Origin: an uncultured bacterium
GTDB taxonomy: Bacteria; Babelota; Babeliae; Babelales; RVW-14
Direction of reading: 5' to 3'
Length of the DNA stretch: 49,348 nt
Assembly (NCBI GenBank): GCA_963759805.1
Contig: CAVXAT010000018.1
Location: 1 to 49,348 of the forward strand
The notes below the pieces were generated by a model. It saw only the letters and a list, made by a program, of their open reading frames with translations. It did no database searches and was not told the DNA's origin. Made by a program: the position numbers and the translations under genes. Below are positions 1 through 8,909 of the stretch, piece after piece (position 1 is the stretch's first letter; the number at the start of each line of letters is the position of its first letter).

Positions 1-94
1 CAAAAATTTTGGGTGTGATTCTTCCATAGAGAAAAATAAAAGCCAATATACTAAACATGCTTAACAGTAAAGTGATAGATAATTTTTTTGTCAT
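1..94 (-). CDS. Partial CDS running off the window; N-terminal signal or anchor peptide
   Basis: ATG at 94 (minus) with GGAG RBS at 100-103; translates MTKKLSITLLLSMFSILAFIFLYGRITPKNF, open to the window edge; directly downstream of ruvB. Confidence 0.65.
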   Translation of the reverse strand, partial: MTKKLSITLLLSMFSILAFIFLYGRITPKIF

Positions 95-109
95 AAAAAC
101 TCCTTTAAT

Positions 110-1138
110 TTAGAACAAACTCTCCTGCTCGGGAACAATCTCCCCAAAGAGCTTTCTGCGTAAAAATGGAATTTTTTTGGGGGAAATTTGGCGTCCACGT
201 GGTGTCTTTTGAATCAACCCAATTCTAAGCAAAAATGGCTCGCATACGTCTTCAAGCGTCTCTTTATCCTCACCGGTCATTGCCGCCAGAGTCTCAAGCC
301 CCACCGGACCACCATCAAAATCTTTTAAAATAAGAGCTAAAATTTCGCGATCAAGTTTATTCAGCCCCTCTTCATCAATATCCAAAAAGCGTAAAGCTTG
401 CTCCACAACATCCAAATCCATAATGGTTTTATTATTGACTTGTGCAAAATCTCGCACGCGACGCAAGATACGTTTAACGATTCTAGGCGTACCACGCGCA
501 CGCATTCCTATGTTTTGCGCAGCCTCCAATATAATCGGCATCTTCATAAACTCTGCGTTCTGCATGACAATCTGGCAAAGTTCGTCCGGAGTGTAAAAAT
601 CAAGCCTCTCTACTATTCCAAAACGGGTCTGCAATGGTCCTGAGATTAAAGAGGTTTTGGTAGTCGCACCTATCAGAGTAAATGGATTTAATGGAAGTCT
701 GATAGATTTCGCACCCGCTCCCTGGCCAATAATCACGTCAACGCAGAAGTTTTCCATGGCGCTGTACAAAATTTCCTCAACATTTTTTGGCAGCCTGTGA
801 ATTTCGTCAATAAATAAAATCTCGCGAGGCGCTATGCTTGAAAGAATTGCAACCAAATCCCCTGAGCGTTCAAGCACCGGGGCACTGGTGATTTTTATCG
901 GAACATCAAGCTCTTTGGCCATAACTTTTGCAAGTGTAGTCTTGCCCAACCCGGGAGGACCAAAAAACAGAAGATGATCAAGGGGTTCGCCACGCATTTT
1001 GCACGCATTGACATAAACTTTGAGTTTTTCTTTAATCAACCCCTGTCCCAAATATTCATCAAAACATTTTGGTTCAAACGAATACTGTTTGTCTTCATGA
1101 GATTCTTGCAAACTTAACAATTCAAATGGCGCTTCCAA
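110..1138 (-). CDS. ruvB: Holliday junction branch migration ATPase RuvB
   Basis: Walker A GPPGLGKTT, Walker B LFIDEIHRL, FTLIGATT, RGTPR, GGPVG and TPRGR motifs; TTG start. Confidence 0.97.
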   Translation of the reverse strand: MEAPFELLSLQESHEDKQYSFEPKCFDEYLGQGLIKEKLKVYVNACKMRGEPLDHLLFFGPPGLGKTTLAKVMAKELDVPIKITSAPVLERSGDLVAILSSIAPREILFIDEIHRLPKNVEEILYSAMENFCVDVIIGQGAGAKSIRLPLNPFTLIGATTKTSLISGPLQTRFGIVERLDFYTPDELCQIVMQNAEFMKMPIILEAAQNIGMRARGTPRIVKRILRRVRDFAQVNNKTIMDLDVVEQALRFLDIDEEGLNKLDREILALILKDFDGGPVGLETLAAMTGEDKETLEDVCEPFLLRIGLIQKTPRGRQISPKKIPFLRRKLFGEIVPEQESLF

Positions 1139-1170
1139 TTATACCCCTTTGATTTTTCGGGTTTTGGTTA

Positions 1171-1349
1171 AGAATCCATACGAAAAATTAGAGGTACCGC
1201 ATGGTTCGATACATTTTTCTCGCATATAAAATGCTCGAAAAACACTCACCACGAGCGGCACAAGACAAGCCCGCTCGCCCTGAGTGATTTTTGAGCGTAA
1301 GCGAAAAAATCGTATCGAAGGGTAATTCAACAATTTTCGTACGAGTTCT
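1171..1349. repeat. Long imperfect palindromic element (REP doublet / MITE-like)
   Basis: Inner arms 1202-1258 and 1271-1322 are near reverse complements; outer imperfect inverted repeats AGAATCCATACGAAAAATT (1171-1189) and AATTTTCGTACGAGTTCT (1332-1349). Confidence 0.7.
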
Positions 1350-1483
1350 AAAATATAACTGCTCCTTATTTTACAAGAAATTTTGGATAGAATGTAATAA
1401 AATTTCTAAAGTTGCAAAAATCGCCCTTTTATTTATTTTCTGTTTTGTTAGAATGTAACTATAAATCTTGATATTCTTTGCAT

Positions 1484-1559
1484 GGGTTGCTAGCTCAATT
1501 GGTAGAGCAACAGACTCTTAATCTGCAGGTTCAGGGTTCGAGTCCCCGGCGACCCACCA
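1484..1559 (+). tRNA. tRNA-Lys (CTT)
   Basis: 76-nt cloverleaf, anticodon loop CT-CTT-AA, GGTTCGAGTCC T-arm, encoded CCA. Confidence 0.95.
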
Positions 1560-1674
1560 TCCTACGCTTTCGCCCGAAGGGCTCCTAGCTACGGATGGCA
1601 AGCCATACTTCATCATACAAGGCTACGGCCTGTCCACCGTAGCTATAAAAAGCAAAGGTGGAATGGCAAGCCCA
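1560..1674 (+). repeat. tRNA-3'-linked REP-like hairpin cluster including a nested inverted copy
   Basis: TCCTACGC...TAGCTACGGATGGCAAGCCA at 1560-1605; a second copy GCTACGG|ATGGCAAGCC is interrupted by an inverted unit at 1629-1662. Confidence 0.7.
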
Positions 1675-1698
1675 TTTTAATTAAAACTCCATCTTCTT

Positions 1699-1785
1699 GC
1701 AAGAGTGGCGGAATTGGTAGACGCACTGGCCTTAGGAGCCAGCCCTCGAAAGAGGATGGGGGTTCGAGTCCCCCCTCTTGCACCA
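1699..1785 (+). tRNA. tRNA-Leu (TAG)
   Basis: 87-nt class II tRNA, anticodon arm CTGGC-CTTAGGA-GCCAG, long variable arm, encoded CCA. Confidence 0.95.
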
Positions 1786-1828
1786 TCCTACGCTCTCGCT
1801 TCGCTCGTAGCTACGGATAGCGAGCCAT
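1786..1828 (+). repeat. tRNA-3'-linked REP-like hairpin
   Basis: TCCTACGC-TCTCGCTTCGCTCG-TAGCTACGGATAGCGAGCCAT, same flanks as the copy after tRNA-Lys. Confidence 0.7.
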
Positions 1829-2045
1829 CTTGGCCCGATGCGCTACGATGAACAAGACGCATGGCAACTCCCTTCGTTTTTCTGGTCTAGTAAAATTTTC
1901 ACATTATCTTAATCTTTTATTAACAAACAAAATATTCTCAATATCAATATCAATCTTCTTGACTAAAGTACCACATTAGTTTTTATACTGAATGCAAAAT
2001 TAGAATATTAAAAAATTTAAAAAAAAAGAGAGAAAGGGGAGTCAA

Positions 2046-3395
2046 ATGCTTATAACCAACAATAGCATACCAATACAACTAGAAACACAGTCATGTCAAG
2101 CGGCAGAGACAGCAAAATTGGTTGATATCAAAATTGAACACAATTCATCACACCTGGCAAAAGCACAAATCGAAATAAGCAATCTTGTCACACACCCTGT
2201 GTACAACGAGATTATAAAACTTTTTAGATGTCGACATCTTGATGGCTTCTTGCAAAAGGACGTACCGCTCGATTATCTGGAAGAAACCTACAACCAAGAA
2301 ATTAAACAAAAATTAAAATCATATCTTTTCAGCCATGTCGTAGTCGATCATTTGATTAATGAACTGATGGCAAAAAAAATTCCTTACTCAAACTACCCAC
2401 GACTGACAAATATAAAAACATCAAATGAAAACGATATCTCCTTTTTCTTTGATTTATCTCTAACCGAGCCAGTAGAATTGAAAGAGTGGAAAAATTTTGC
2501 ATTCAAATCACCCAAACGTAAACGCTACAAAGATCTTGATAAACAGGTAAAAATTTTTTTAGAAACCCAAACACATACAAACCAACATTCCCATGAAGGA
2601 ATCGTAGAAGAGTGTGACTGGGTACATTTTAGTGCAACCTTACTTGATGAAAATCAGAAGCCAATTTTTCAACAGTTGACCAGTGATTTCTGGATAAAAA
2701 TGCAAAGAAGTGAACTTTCCAACAAATTTAAATCTATTTTTCTCGGGAAAAAACAGGGAGATTCATTTATCACAAATGAACTGAATTTTGAAGATCCATC
2801 AGATACATCCAACGGCGCTGATCCTATTTTTTTAATAATAATCAGATCAGTTATTAAAGGTCAGTCATTATCACTGGAACTGTTTAAACACACATTCAAA
2901 CTCAAAAATAAAACTGATTTACATAACAAAATGATGGAGGTTTTCTCATACCGGAACGACATGTCACAACGCAAAACTATTATTGAAGAGGTATTTAATC
3001 TACTTTTGAGCAAGCACAGATTTGAAGTCCCCAAACATCTTGTTCTAAGAAGGCAAGAAGATATCCTTCTAAATTTAATGGCTCAACCTGACTATCATGT
3101 TTACAAGGCCCAGAAAGATTTTTTAAAATGCACTGAACTGTTAGCTGAAAAGAATCTAAAGGAAGAGACTATTATTGATCAAATAGCATACAAAGAGAAT
3201 GTAAAAGTCGATTCAATCGACATTCAAGATTACTTAAATCTACTCAATAATAAAAGAATGAGCGAATTTGCATACTTCAGACCAACTCTTGAAAAAATTG
3301 AAGACTTACATTCACCACTAAATCAGGGCATTATCGTTCACACGGCTCTACGAGAGAAGGCATTAAATCACGTGATTTACAGTTTGACAAAATAG
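2046..3395 (+). CDS. Divergent trigger factor-like chaperone
   Basis: 449 aa; LDGFLQKDVP aligns loosely to the GFRxGxxP loop; central FKBP-like segment; C-terminal FEVPKHLV pattern; follows tRNA-Leu as tig often does. Confidence 0.7.
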   Translation: MLITNNSIPIQLETQSCQAAETAKLVDIKIEHNSSHLAKAQIEISNLVTHPVYNEIIKLFRCRHLDGFLQKDVPLDYLEETYNQEIKQKLKSYLFSHVVVDHLINELMAKKIPYSNYPRLTNIKTSNENDISFFFDLSLTEPVELKEWKNFAFKSPKRKRYKDLDKQVKIFLETQTHTNQHSHEGIVEECDWVHFSATLLDENQKPIFQQLTSDFWIKMQRSELSNKFKSIFLGKKQGDSFITNELNFEDPSDTSNGADPIFLIIIRSVIKGQSLSLELFKHTFKLKNKTDLHNKMMEVFSYRNDMSQRKTIIEEVFNLLLSKHRFEVPKHLVLRRQEDILLNLMAQPDYHVYKAQKDFLKCTELLAEKNLKEETIIDQIAYKENVKVDSIDIQDYLNLLNNKRMSEFAYFRPTLEKIEDLHSPLNQGIIVHTALREKALNHVIYSLTK

Positions 3396-3442
3396 CTCTA
3401 CGCCTGAATTATCAATTTTTCTAAAAAAATTAACGCCTCGCC

Positions 3443-3471
3443 TTGCAATAAAGCCTTTTATGCATTAAACT
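3443..3471 (+). promoter_or_regulatory. Putative sigma70 promoter for the rpmH operon
   Basis: TTGCAA-17 nt-TAAACT upstream of the rpmH RBS (AGGAG). Confidence 0.5.
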
Positions 3472-3514
3472 GTGCATTAGATAATAGTTTCGAAAATTTT
3501 TTCAGGAGTAAAAC

Positions 3515-3649
3515 ATGTCACTAACATATAGACCAAGCAAAAGAAAAAGAAAGCGCAAACACGGCTTTTTAAAGAGAATGGCAACAAAAGATGGCCGAAA
3601 AGTCATCAAGCGTCGCCGCGCAAAAGGCAGAAAAAAATTATCGGTTTAA
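3515..3649 (+). CDS. rpmH: 50S ribosomal protein L34 (absent from the ORF track)
   Basis: [44 protein letters not shown] (44 aa), AGGAG RBS. Confidence 0.97.
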   Translation: MSLTYRPSKRKRKRKHGFLKRMATKDGRKVIKRRRAKGRKKLSV

Positions 3650-3662
3650 TCCAAAATCATGC

Positions 3663-4322
3663 ATGATAAACTTTAAAGATCTTTTCAAGTTTTCTCAAAA
3701 AGAAGTTTCTTGTTTATTTAAGAATGCAACTCCAAAATGTTCTTGGCGGGGTTTGAAATTATTGCAAGCTCCGCTTGATTGTTTGGATTCAGCTCATGAA
3801 TCCGGCAGATCTCCGTTGGAGTCAAATCACAAGTTTGGCAAGTTACTGATCATAACACCCGGAGCAAGCGGCAAAGCTCATCAGCGCAACCTCTTCCGCC
3901 GCCGAGTAAAAGATATTTTTTACACAAACAAACTTTATCTCTATCCGATTAACTCAGTTTTGATTGCATACAAAAATGCAATGATTCACGACTTTGACCA
4001 TCTTCAAGAATTTCTTATAAAAAACATCCCCCCACATGTTAATAAAGAAATTAACCAAACAGGCAAGGATCACAGTACTAATAAAAATCTTAAACAACCG
4101 CTAAAACTATGGCAACGATTATTCATTGCAATATTTGACGTCATCCGCCCTGTTTTTGGCTTTATCGGCGGAGCCTGCATCTATCCGGTCTCATGCTCTG
4201 ACTATACCAAACATATGATAAGCACAAAGCCATTCTACAAATCTATTCCGCTCATCACTTTACGAGTTTTGAGCTGCAATCCGCTCACAGCTCTTTTTAT
4301 GAGATGGAAAAAGTCAAAATGA
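3663..4322 (+). CDS. rnpA: RNase P protein fused to a YidD (membrane insertion efficiency factor) domain
   Basis: RNR-like motif GKAHQRNLFRRRVK; C-terminal CIYPVSCSDY...LRVLSCNP is the three-Cys YidD pattern; single frame; start moved to ATG 3663 after the rpmH stop. Confidence 0.8.
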   Translation: MINFKDLFKFSQKEVSCLFKNATPKCSWRGLKLLQAPLDCLDSAHESGRSPLESNHKFGKLLIITPGASGKAHQRNLFRRRVKDIFYTNKLYLYPINSVLIAYKNAMIHDFDHLQEFLIKNIPPHVNKEINQTGKDHSTNKNLKQPLKLWQRLFIAIFDVIRPVFGFIGGACIYPVSCSDYTKHMISTKPFYKSIPLITLRVLSCNPLTALFMRWKKSK

Positions 4323-4927
4323 GAATAAGAACACATGCAAACCCACTTTCTTGCACACAACATTTTGAAAAGCTTGATGCAAAAAAGGTTTTCCCTGAAT
4401 TTAATGGCAAACTAGATTTTGAAATCGGATTTGGCCAGAGTGTATTTATCCGAAATCATGCCAAATCCCATCCGGAAAGGCTAGTGGTTGGCATTGACGT
4501 ACGTAAAAAAACAGTTGAAGTTATGCAAGAAAGAGTCAAGCAGGACAATATCAAAAATATATATCTGGCATTTGGAAACGGCAGTATCTGTCTGTCAGAG
4601 ATGTTTGAAAACAGTAGCTTGGACAATATTTTCATATTTCATCCGGACCCTTGGCTCAAACGCAGGCATTTAAAACGTCGGCTTGTAAATCCTGATTTAT
4701 TGATCACGGCGAAGCAAAAACTAAAAATCGGTGGCCGAATATATGTTTCAACTGATGTTGAGCCTTTGTGGGCAGAAATGCTCAAAACATTTGAAGAGAA
4801 TAAAAATTTTATCAAAGTTGATGACGCTGATTTTTGGACAAATTATTATCAAACCAGGTGGCATGATATCAGCAAAGAGAAAAGTCGACAGACATATTTG
4901 GGAACTTTTGAGCTGCGTGGTAGATAA
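4319..4927 (+). CDS. trmB: tRNA (guanine-N7)-methyltransferase TrmB
   Basis: RIRTHANP, EIGFGQS SAM motif, FHPDPWLKRRHLKRRL, STD; ATGA overlap with the upstream stop. Confidence 0.93.
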   Translation: MRIRTHANPLSCTQHFEKLDAKKVFPEFNGKLDFEIGFGQSVFIRNHAKSHPERLVVGIDVRKKTVEVMQERVKQDNIKNIYLAFGNGSICLSEMFENSSLDNIFIFHPDPWLKRRHLKRRLVNPDLLITAKQKLKIGGRIYVSTDVEPLWAEMLKTFEENKNFIKVDDADFWTNYYQTRWHDISKEKSRQTYLGTFELRGR

Positions 4928-4947
4928 AGCAGGATGACAAAAGCGAG

Positions 4948-5790
4948 CTATATTTTCACAAACACCGGTTTGCGATTTTCAAAATAAGTAACATACTTAA
5001 AACCGATTGCTGATAGATGTTTTATAACGAGTTCAAAATTCTCACCAACTCTGCCGGCAACATGAGCATCTGACCCGACTGTTATAATCTGTCCCCCAAG
5101 CTCTTTATATCGGGCAATAGAATCAAAGTCAGGATGTGGACAACCTAGCTTATAAAAATATCCGGCCGTGTTAACCTCGATCCCCTTACCCTTTTGGATA
5201 ACTCTTTTAAAGATCATATCCAAGATATCGCTGTAGTCAGCATATTTAAAAGATTTATCAGAGTAAGTTACGTACCTGCACAGATATCCAATGTGACCAA
5301 CAACATCGAAATCATCAAATTTATCTACTGATTCATAAATAGCTTGCAGATATCTTCTATAGACCTGTTCTTTTGGTTGACCTTCGTGAAAGGCCTTGTG
5401 GCACAAATCTATTCTATCAACAACATGAACAGAGCAGATTACAAAATCAAAATCATAACTTTTGACAATTTTGCTTGCCTGATCAACAATTTGCGGCTGA
5501 AATCCAAGCTCAAGCCCTTTTAAAATTTTAGCCCTATCTCCAAACTCACGTCTTAGATTATCCAAAAATTCCGAGCGTACGGCAAAATCAAATGTGAATT
5601 TATATTCAGGATTTGGATAATCAAGATCAAAATGATCGGTAAAAATCAGTCCGCCCAATCCGTTATTTATGGCGCTGTTTACACCATCTTTTGCCGGCAT
5701 CTGACTGTCGATAGAGAAAGAAGAATGAGTATGACAATCAATAAAGGCTTCGCCTTTCAAGTCTTCGCTTTTCATAGATTTAAGGGGCAT
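4948..5790 (-). CDS. PHP-family histidinol-phosphatase (HisJ/HisK-like)
   Basis: DCHTHS, TDH, GLELG, SVH, GHI, EVNT, GSDAH metal-binding motifs. Confidence 0.88.
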   Translation of the reverse strand: MPLKSMKSEDLKGEAFIDCHTHSSFSIDSQMPAKDGVNSAINNGLGGLIFTDHFDLDYPNPEYKFTFDFAVRSEFLDNLRREFGDRAKILKGLELGFQPQIVDQASKIVKSYDFDFVICSVHVVDRIDLCHKAFHEGQPKEQVYRRYLQAIYESVDKFDDFDVVGHIGYLCRYVTYSDKSFKYADYSDILDMIFKRVIQKGKGIEVNTAGYFYKLGCPHPDFDSIARYKELGGQIITVGSDAHVAGRVGENFELVIKHLSAIGFKYVTYFENRKPVFVKI

Positions 5791-6304
5791 AGAACTTCCT
5801 CGCCTTTTCTATAAGCTCAATTATAAAATTATATTTAAAATCTGAATAAGCAAACAGTGTGGTATGACCTTGGATAATTGCTTGCTGCTTGACCTGAATG
5901 TACTCTTTGGCCTCTTCCGGATGGGCACGAAGATACTCTCTAACCACCAAGTTATCACGCCACAAATCACCGCCATGACTGACAACTGCAAGATTAAAAC
6001 TTTGCACATCTCTTTTTCTTAAATAAAATCTGTGATTCGTCCAAGCTTTGCCTATGTAAATATAACCCAATTTTTGCAAATCACTTTTTTCTTGTTCAGA
6101 TATATAAAATTCAGAAACTCCCACCAAAATATCAACAACCGGTTTGGCTGTCATTCCGTGCACAGAAGTACTTCCGTAATGCTGAATGTCCACCAATCGT
6201 GAAATATCAAAAACCTTTTTAATATTTTCAGATTCCTGCTTAAATAGCTCCGGCCACAATGGGTTATATGGAGCAATAGTTATTTTTTCATCAGTTATTT
6301 TCAT
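5780..6304 (-). CDS. GrpB (UPF0157) nucleotidyltransferase-fold protein
   Basis: PYNPLWP, HYGSTSV..MTAKPVVDI, REYLRAHP..Y..K pattern; likely start MKITDEK at 6304. Confidence 0.85.
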   Translation of the reverse strand: MKITDEKITIAPYNPLWPELFKQESENIKKVFDISRLVDIQHYGSTSVHGMTAKPVVDILVGVSEFYISEQEKSDLQKLGYIYIGKAWTNHRFYLRKRDVQSFNLAVVSHGGDLWRDNLVVREYLRAHPEEAKEYIQVKQQAIIQGHTTLFAYSDFKYNFIIELIEKARKFYAP

Positions 6305-6437
6305 AATACTTTCACACTGAAATAAAACCATCTTGTTTTTTGATTTATCTCGAATATAAAATATACTTAAATTATAAGAGATAAGCTTAGCATAAAAATC
6401 ACAAAATAGACAAAAGCTGTAAGGCAAAAGCCGTAAT

Positions 6438-6941
6438 ATGACAAACTCGCAATATTCATTCAGACCTTTAACTGAACGGGATTTCCAGACCATGTTCCAA
6501 TGGCTGCAAAACCCCCATGTTGCATGGTGGTGGCAGGTTGGGACGGAATGGCCGGATTTTGTAGAAAAATACAGACAACACATTCAGTCGGATTACATAT
6601 TCCCTTTCATCATGCAGATCGACGGTAATCCTGTTGGATATATTCAGTATTACTATGCCGGCATGGTAGATATTGGGTGGCTAAGTCAAATCTCTGACCA
6701 ATCTAAAGGCATAGTTGGCATTGATATTTTTATTGGAAATCCGGAATACTTTGCAAAGGGTTATGGCACAATTTTCATGAAACTGTTCATAGAAGAGTTG
6801 TGGAAACAACCAGGCATCAAAAAAATTATAGTCGACCCACAACCCGAAAATCTTCAAGCCATCCACTGTTTTAAAAAGCTTGGGTTTAAAGAGGTTCGAA
6901 AAAATGATATTTTTTATATGGAGCTGGACAGAACTAACTAA
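6438..6941 (+). CDS. GNAT acetyltransferase, AAC(6')-like family
   Basis: WLQNPHVAWWW, GYIQYY, GIDIFIG..KGYG, DPQPENLQAIHCFKKLGF. Confidence 0.85.
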   Translation: MTNSQYSFRPLTERDFQTMFQWLQNPHVAWWWQVGTEWPDFVEKYRQHIQSDYIFPFIMQIDGNPVGYIQYYYAGMVDIGWLSQISDQSKGIVGIDIFIGNPEYFAKGYGTIFMKLFIEELWKQPGIKKIIVDPQPENLQAIHCFKKLGFKEVRKNDIFYMELDRTN

Positions 6942-6989
6942 CTTTGGATAGGCTCAAGAAAAGATAATATATTAAAGATTGGATCAAAT

Positions 6990-8285
6990 ATGAACTTTTT
7001 ATCGACTTACTTGGCTTGGCGTTACCTATGGTTCAAAGGTAAGGACAAAAATATCGCATTCATGATCAAGATCTGCTTCTTGGGAATCTTGATTGGAACA
7101 TTTGCATTAATGCTCACACTAATTATCACAAACGGATTCGAGAAAGTCATTCATGAAAAAATGCAGGGAATAAACTCAGAGATTATCATATCCAGTCAAG
7201 GAAACAGGCTTGCATATCAAGGTATCAGGAGCGTACTTTTAACAGAATTTAAAAAAGATATTCAAGCCGTAAGCGCACGAACAATCAAGCAGGCCTTAAT
7301 TGACCACAATGAAAGGCAGTCCGTCATATTTCTTGAAGGCATTGATGGCAAAAACGAAGCACAGGTAACAACCCTACCAGAAAAGATTATTTATCCCAAA
7401 GGTTTGACTAAAAATATCGCAAAAGAACTGATTTCAAATATTGCAGAAAACCAACTGTTTATCGGTGACAAAACTGCATCTCTTTATAATCTTCATGTTG
7501 GAGATGAAGTTAATTTAATGATCCCAGAACCCACAAGCAAACATAAACTTTTTTTCAACAAACACAAGTTTGTGGTAGGCGGAATCTTCAAAATCGGGCT
7601 TGATGAGTATGACAGCAACATCGCATTCTGCCACATGGACCGTATGAATAAACTTTTTAATGAAAACGGTGTTGATCAAATTACGGTAAAATTACACCCC
7701 CACGAAAAAAACGGACTTTGGACTGAAATCAAATTCAAGATTAAAAATTTTTTTACAACTAATGCTGAAGAGACAACTGTAATTAGAAAGTTACAAAAAC
7801 GACTCCCTCAGCTACAGATCAATTCATGGAAAGACCTTTATCCGGCCTTAGTCTCGTCTCTTAAATTAGAAAAATATGTAATGTTTTTTATTCTCGCGCT
7901 AATCACACTTGTCGCAAGCATGAATATGATATCCCTGCTTTTTATGCAAATTCAACAGAAACGCAGGGATATTGCGATATTTAAGGCAATGGGTATGTCG
8001 GATAACTGCATACGCAGCATATTCTTGCATCTGGGAGTTTGCATAACTTTATCAGCGTCGACGCTTGGACTAGGCCTGGCGGCTTTGGCTGGATATCTAT
8101 TGGAAAAATACCCTTTTATTGAACTTCCCGACGTTTACTATGTCTCATACCTACCGGCTCGCATGGACCCTGAGATATTTTTGGTAGTGTTTTTAGCAAC
8201 AATGTTGCTTGGATTTCTGGCTACCTGGATCCCATCTCGAAGATCTAAGCAGATTGAGATAGCTCAAGTTTTACGGCAGGAGTAA
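6990..8285 (+). CDS. LolC/LolE-family lipoprotein-releasing ABC permease
   Basis: LAWRYL, IITNGF, SLKLEK..MFFIL, KRRDIAIFKAMG, VYYVSYLP; four-TM layout. Confidence 0.88.
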   Translation: MNFLSTYLAWRYLWFKGKDKNIAFMIKICFLGILIGTFALMLTLIITNGFEKVIHEKMQGINSEIIISSQGNRLAYQGIRSVLLTEFKKDIQAVSARTIKQALIDHNERQSVIFLEGIDGKNEAQVTTLPEKIIYPKGLTKNIAKELISNIAENQLFIGDKTASLYNLHVGDEVNLMIPEPTSKHKLFFNKHKFVVGGIFKIGLDEYDSNIAFCHMDRMNKLFNENGVDQITVKLHPHEKNGLWTEIKFKIKNFFTTNAEETTVIRKLQKRLPQLQINSWKDLYPALVSSLKLEKYVMFFILALITLVASMNMISLLFMQIQQKRRDIAIFKAMGMSDNCIRSIFLHLGVCITLSASTLGLGLAALAGYLLEKYPFIELPDVYYVSYLPARMDPEIFLVVFLATMLLGFLATWIPSRRSKQIEIAQVLRQE

Positions 8286-8312
8286 GGTTATTTGTTTTCT
8301 GTGGCGGCAAAT

Positions 8313-8342
8313 AAAAAGACCGCAGGTTTTAATTGCGGTCTT
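8313..8342 (-). terminator. Rho-independent terminator
   Basis: Stem AAGACCGCA/TGCGGTCTT with a T-run on the minus strand, between convergent genes. Confidence 0.75.
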
Positions 8343-8366
8343 CAATCTTATTACAGAATAAACTAA

Positions 8367-8603
8367 TTACTTAGCTTCGTCTGTTGTCTCATCACCAAGC
8401 ATTGAGTCCATATCAAGCTCATCGTCCTGTTGTGAATCTGCTGGAGCTGCTTGAGTTGTATCATCTGTTGGTGCTGGTGTTACAGCTGGAGCTGCTTGCG
8501 TTGTTGCATCTGTTGGTGCTGGAGTTGTTGTATCTTCCCCATCAGCCATTACATAACCACATACAGCTACAAATGCTAGAGCTAACAATAAACTCTTTTT
8601 CAT
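8367..8603 (-). CDS. Small secreted acidic low-complexity protein
   Basis: AGGAGG RBS, signal peptide MKKSLLLALAFVAVCGYVMA, duplicated TPAPTDxTTQAAPA unit, own terminator. Confidence 0.8.
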   Translation of the reverse strand: MKKSLLLALAFVAVCGYVMADGEDTTTPAPTDATTQAAPAVTPAPTDDTTQAAPADSQQDDELDMDSMLGDETTDEAK

Positions 8604-8909
8604 AATAAATCCTCCTAAGAAAGGTTTAAAAAACCTCCAATTCCCATAAACTATTACCTACGACATTTTCAATTAGTTATTATAACCCTAACGCATAAAA
8701 AAAGCTTTGTCAACGCCTTAGATAGAAATCTATTTCAATTATAAATTACGCTTAAATTACGCATTTTTCTATAGAAAACACAAGTTTGGTTCTTAATAAA
8801 CTCTAAATTTAATATAAAATCTGGACTGGGCAAAAGCAATCTTGTTAAGGTAAGATAATTTAAATTTTATAATAAGTAGGTTAGCCAAAATTTCAAAAAA
8901 GGCAAAAAA

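Noticed and set aside
1139..1333. 64-aa ORF upstream of ruvB
   Set aside because: Coincides with the palindromic repeat element; no protein features.
3591..3662. N-terminal extension of the rnpA ORF
   Set aside because: Overlaps rpmH; ATG 3663 is the plausible start.
6305..6583. N-terminal extension of the GrpB ORF
   Set aside because: Overlaps the divergent GNAT gene and intergenic DNA; family similarity begins near 6304.
6438..6941. Calling the GNAT an aminoglycoside resistance gene
   Set aside because: Family resemblance only; no integron or mobile context, and the substrate cannot be inferred.
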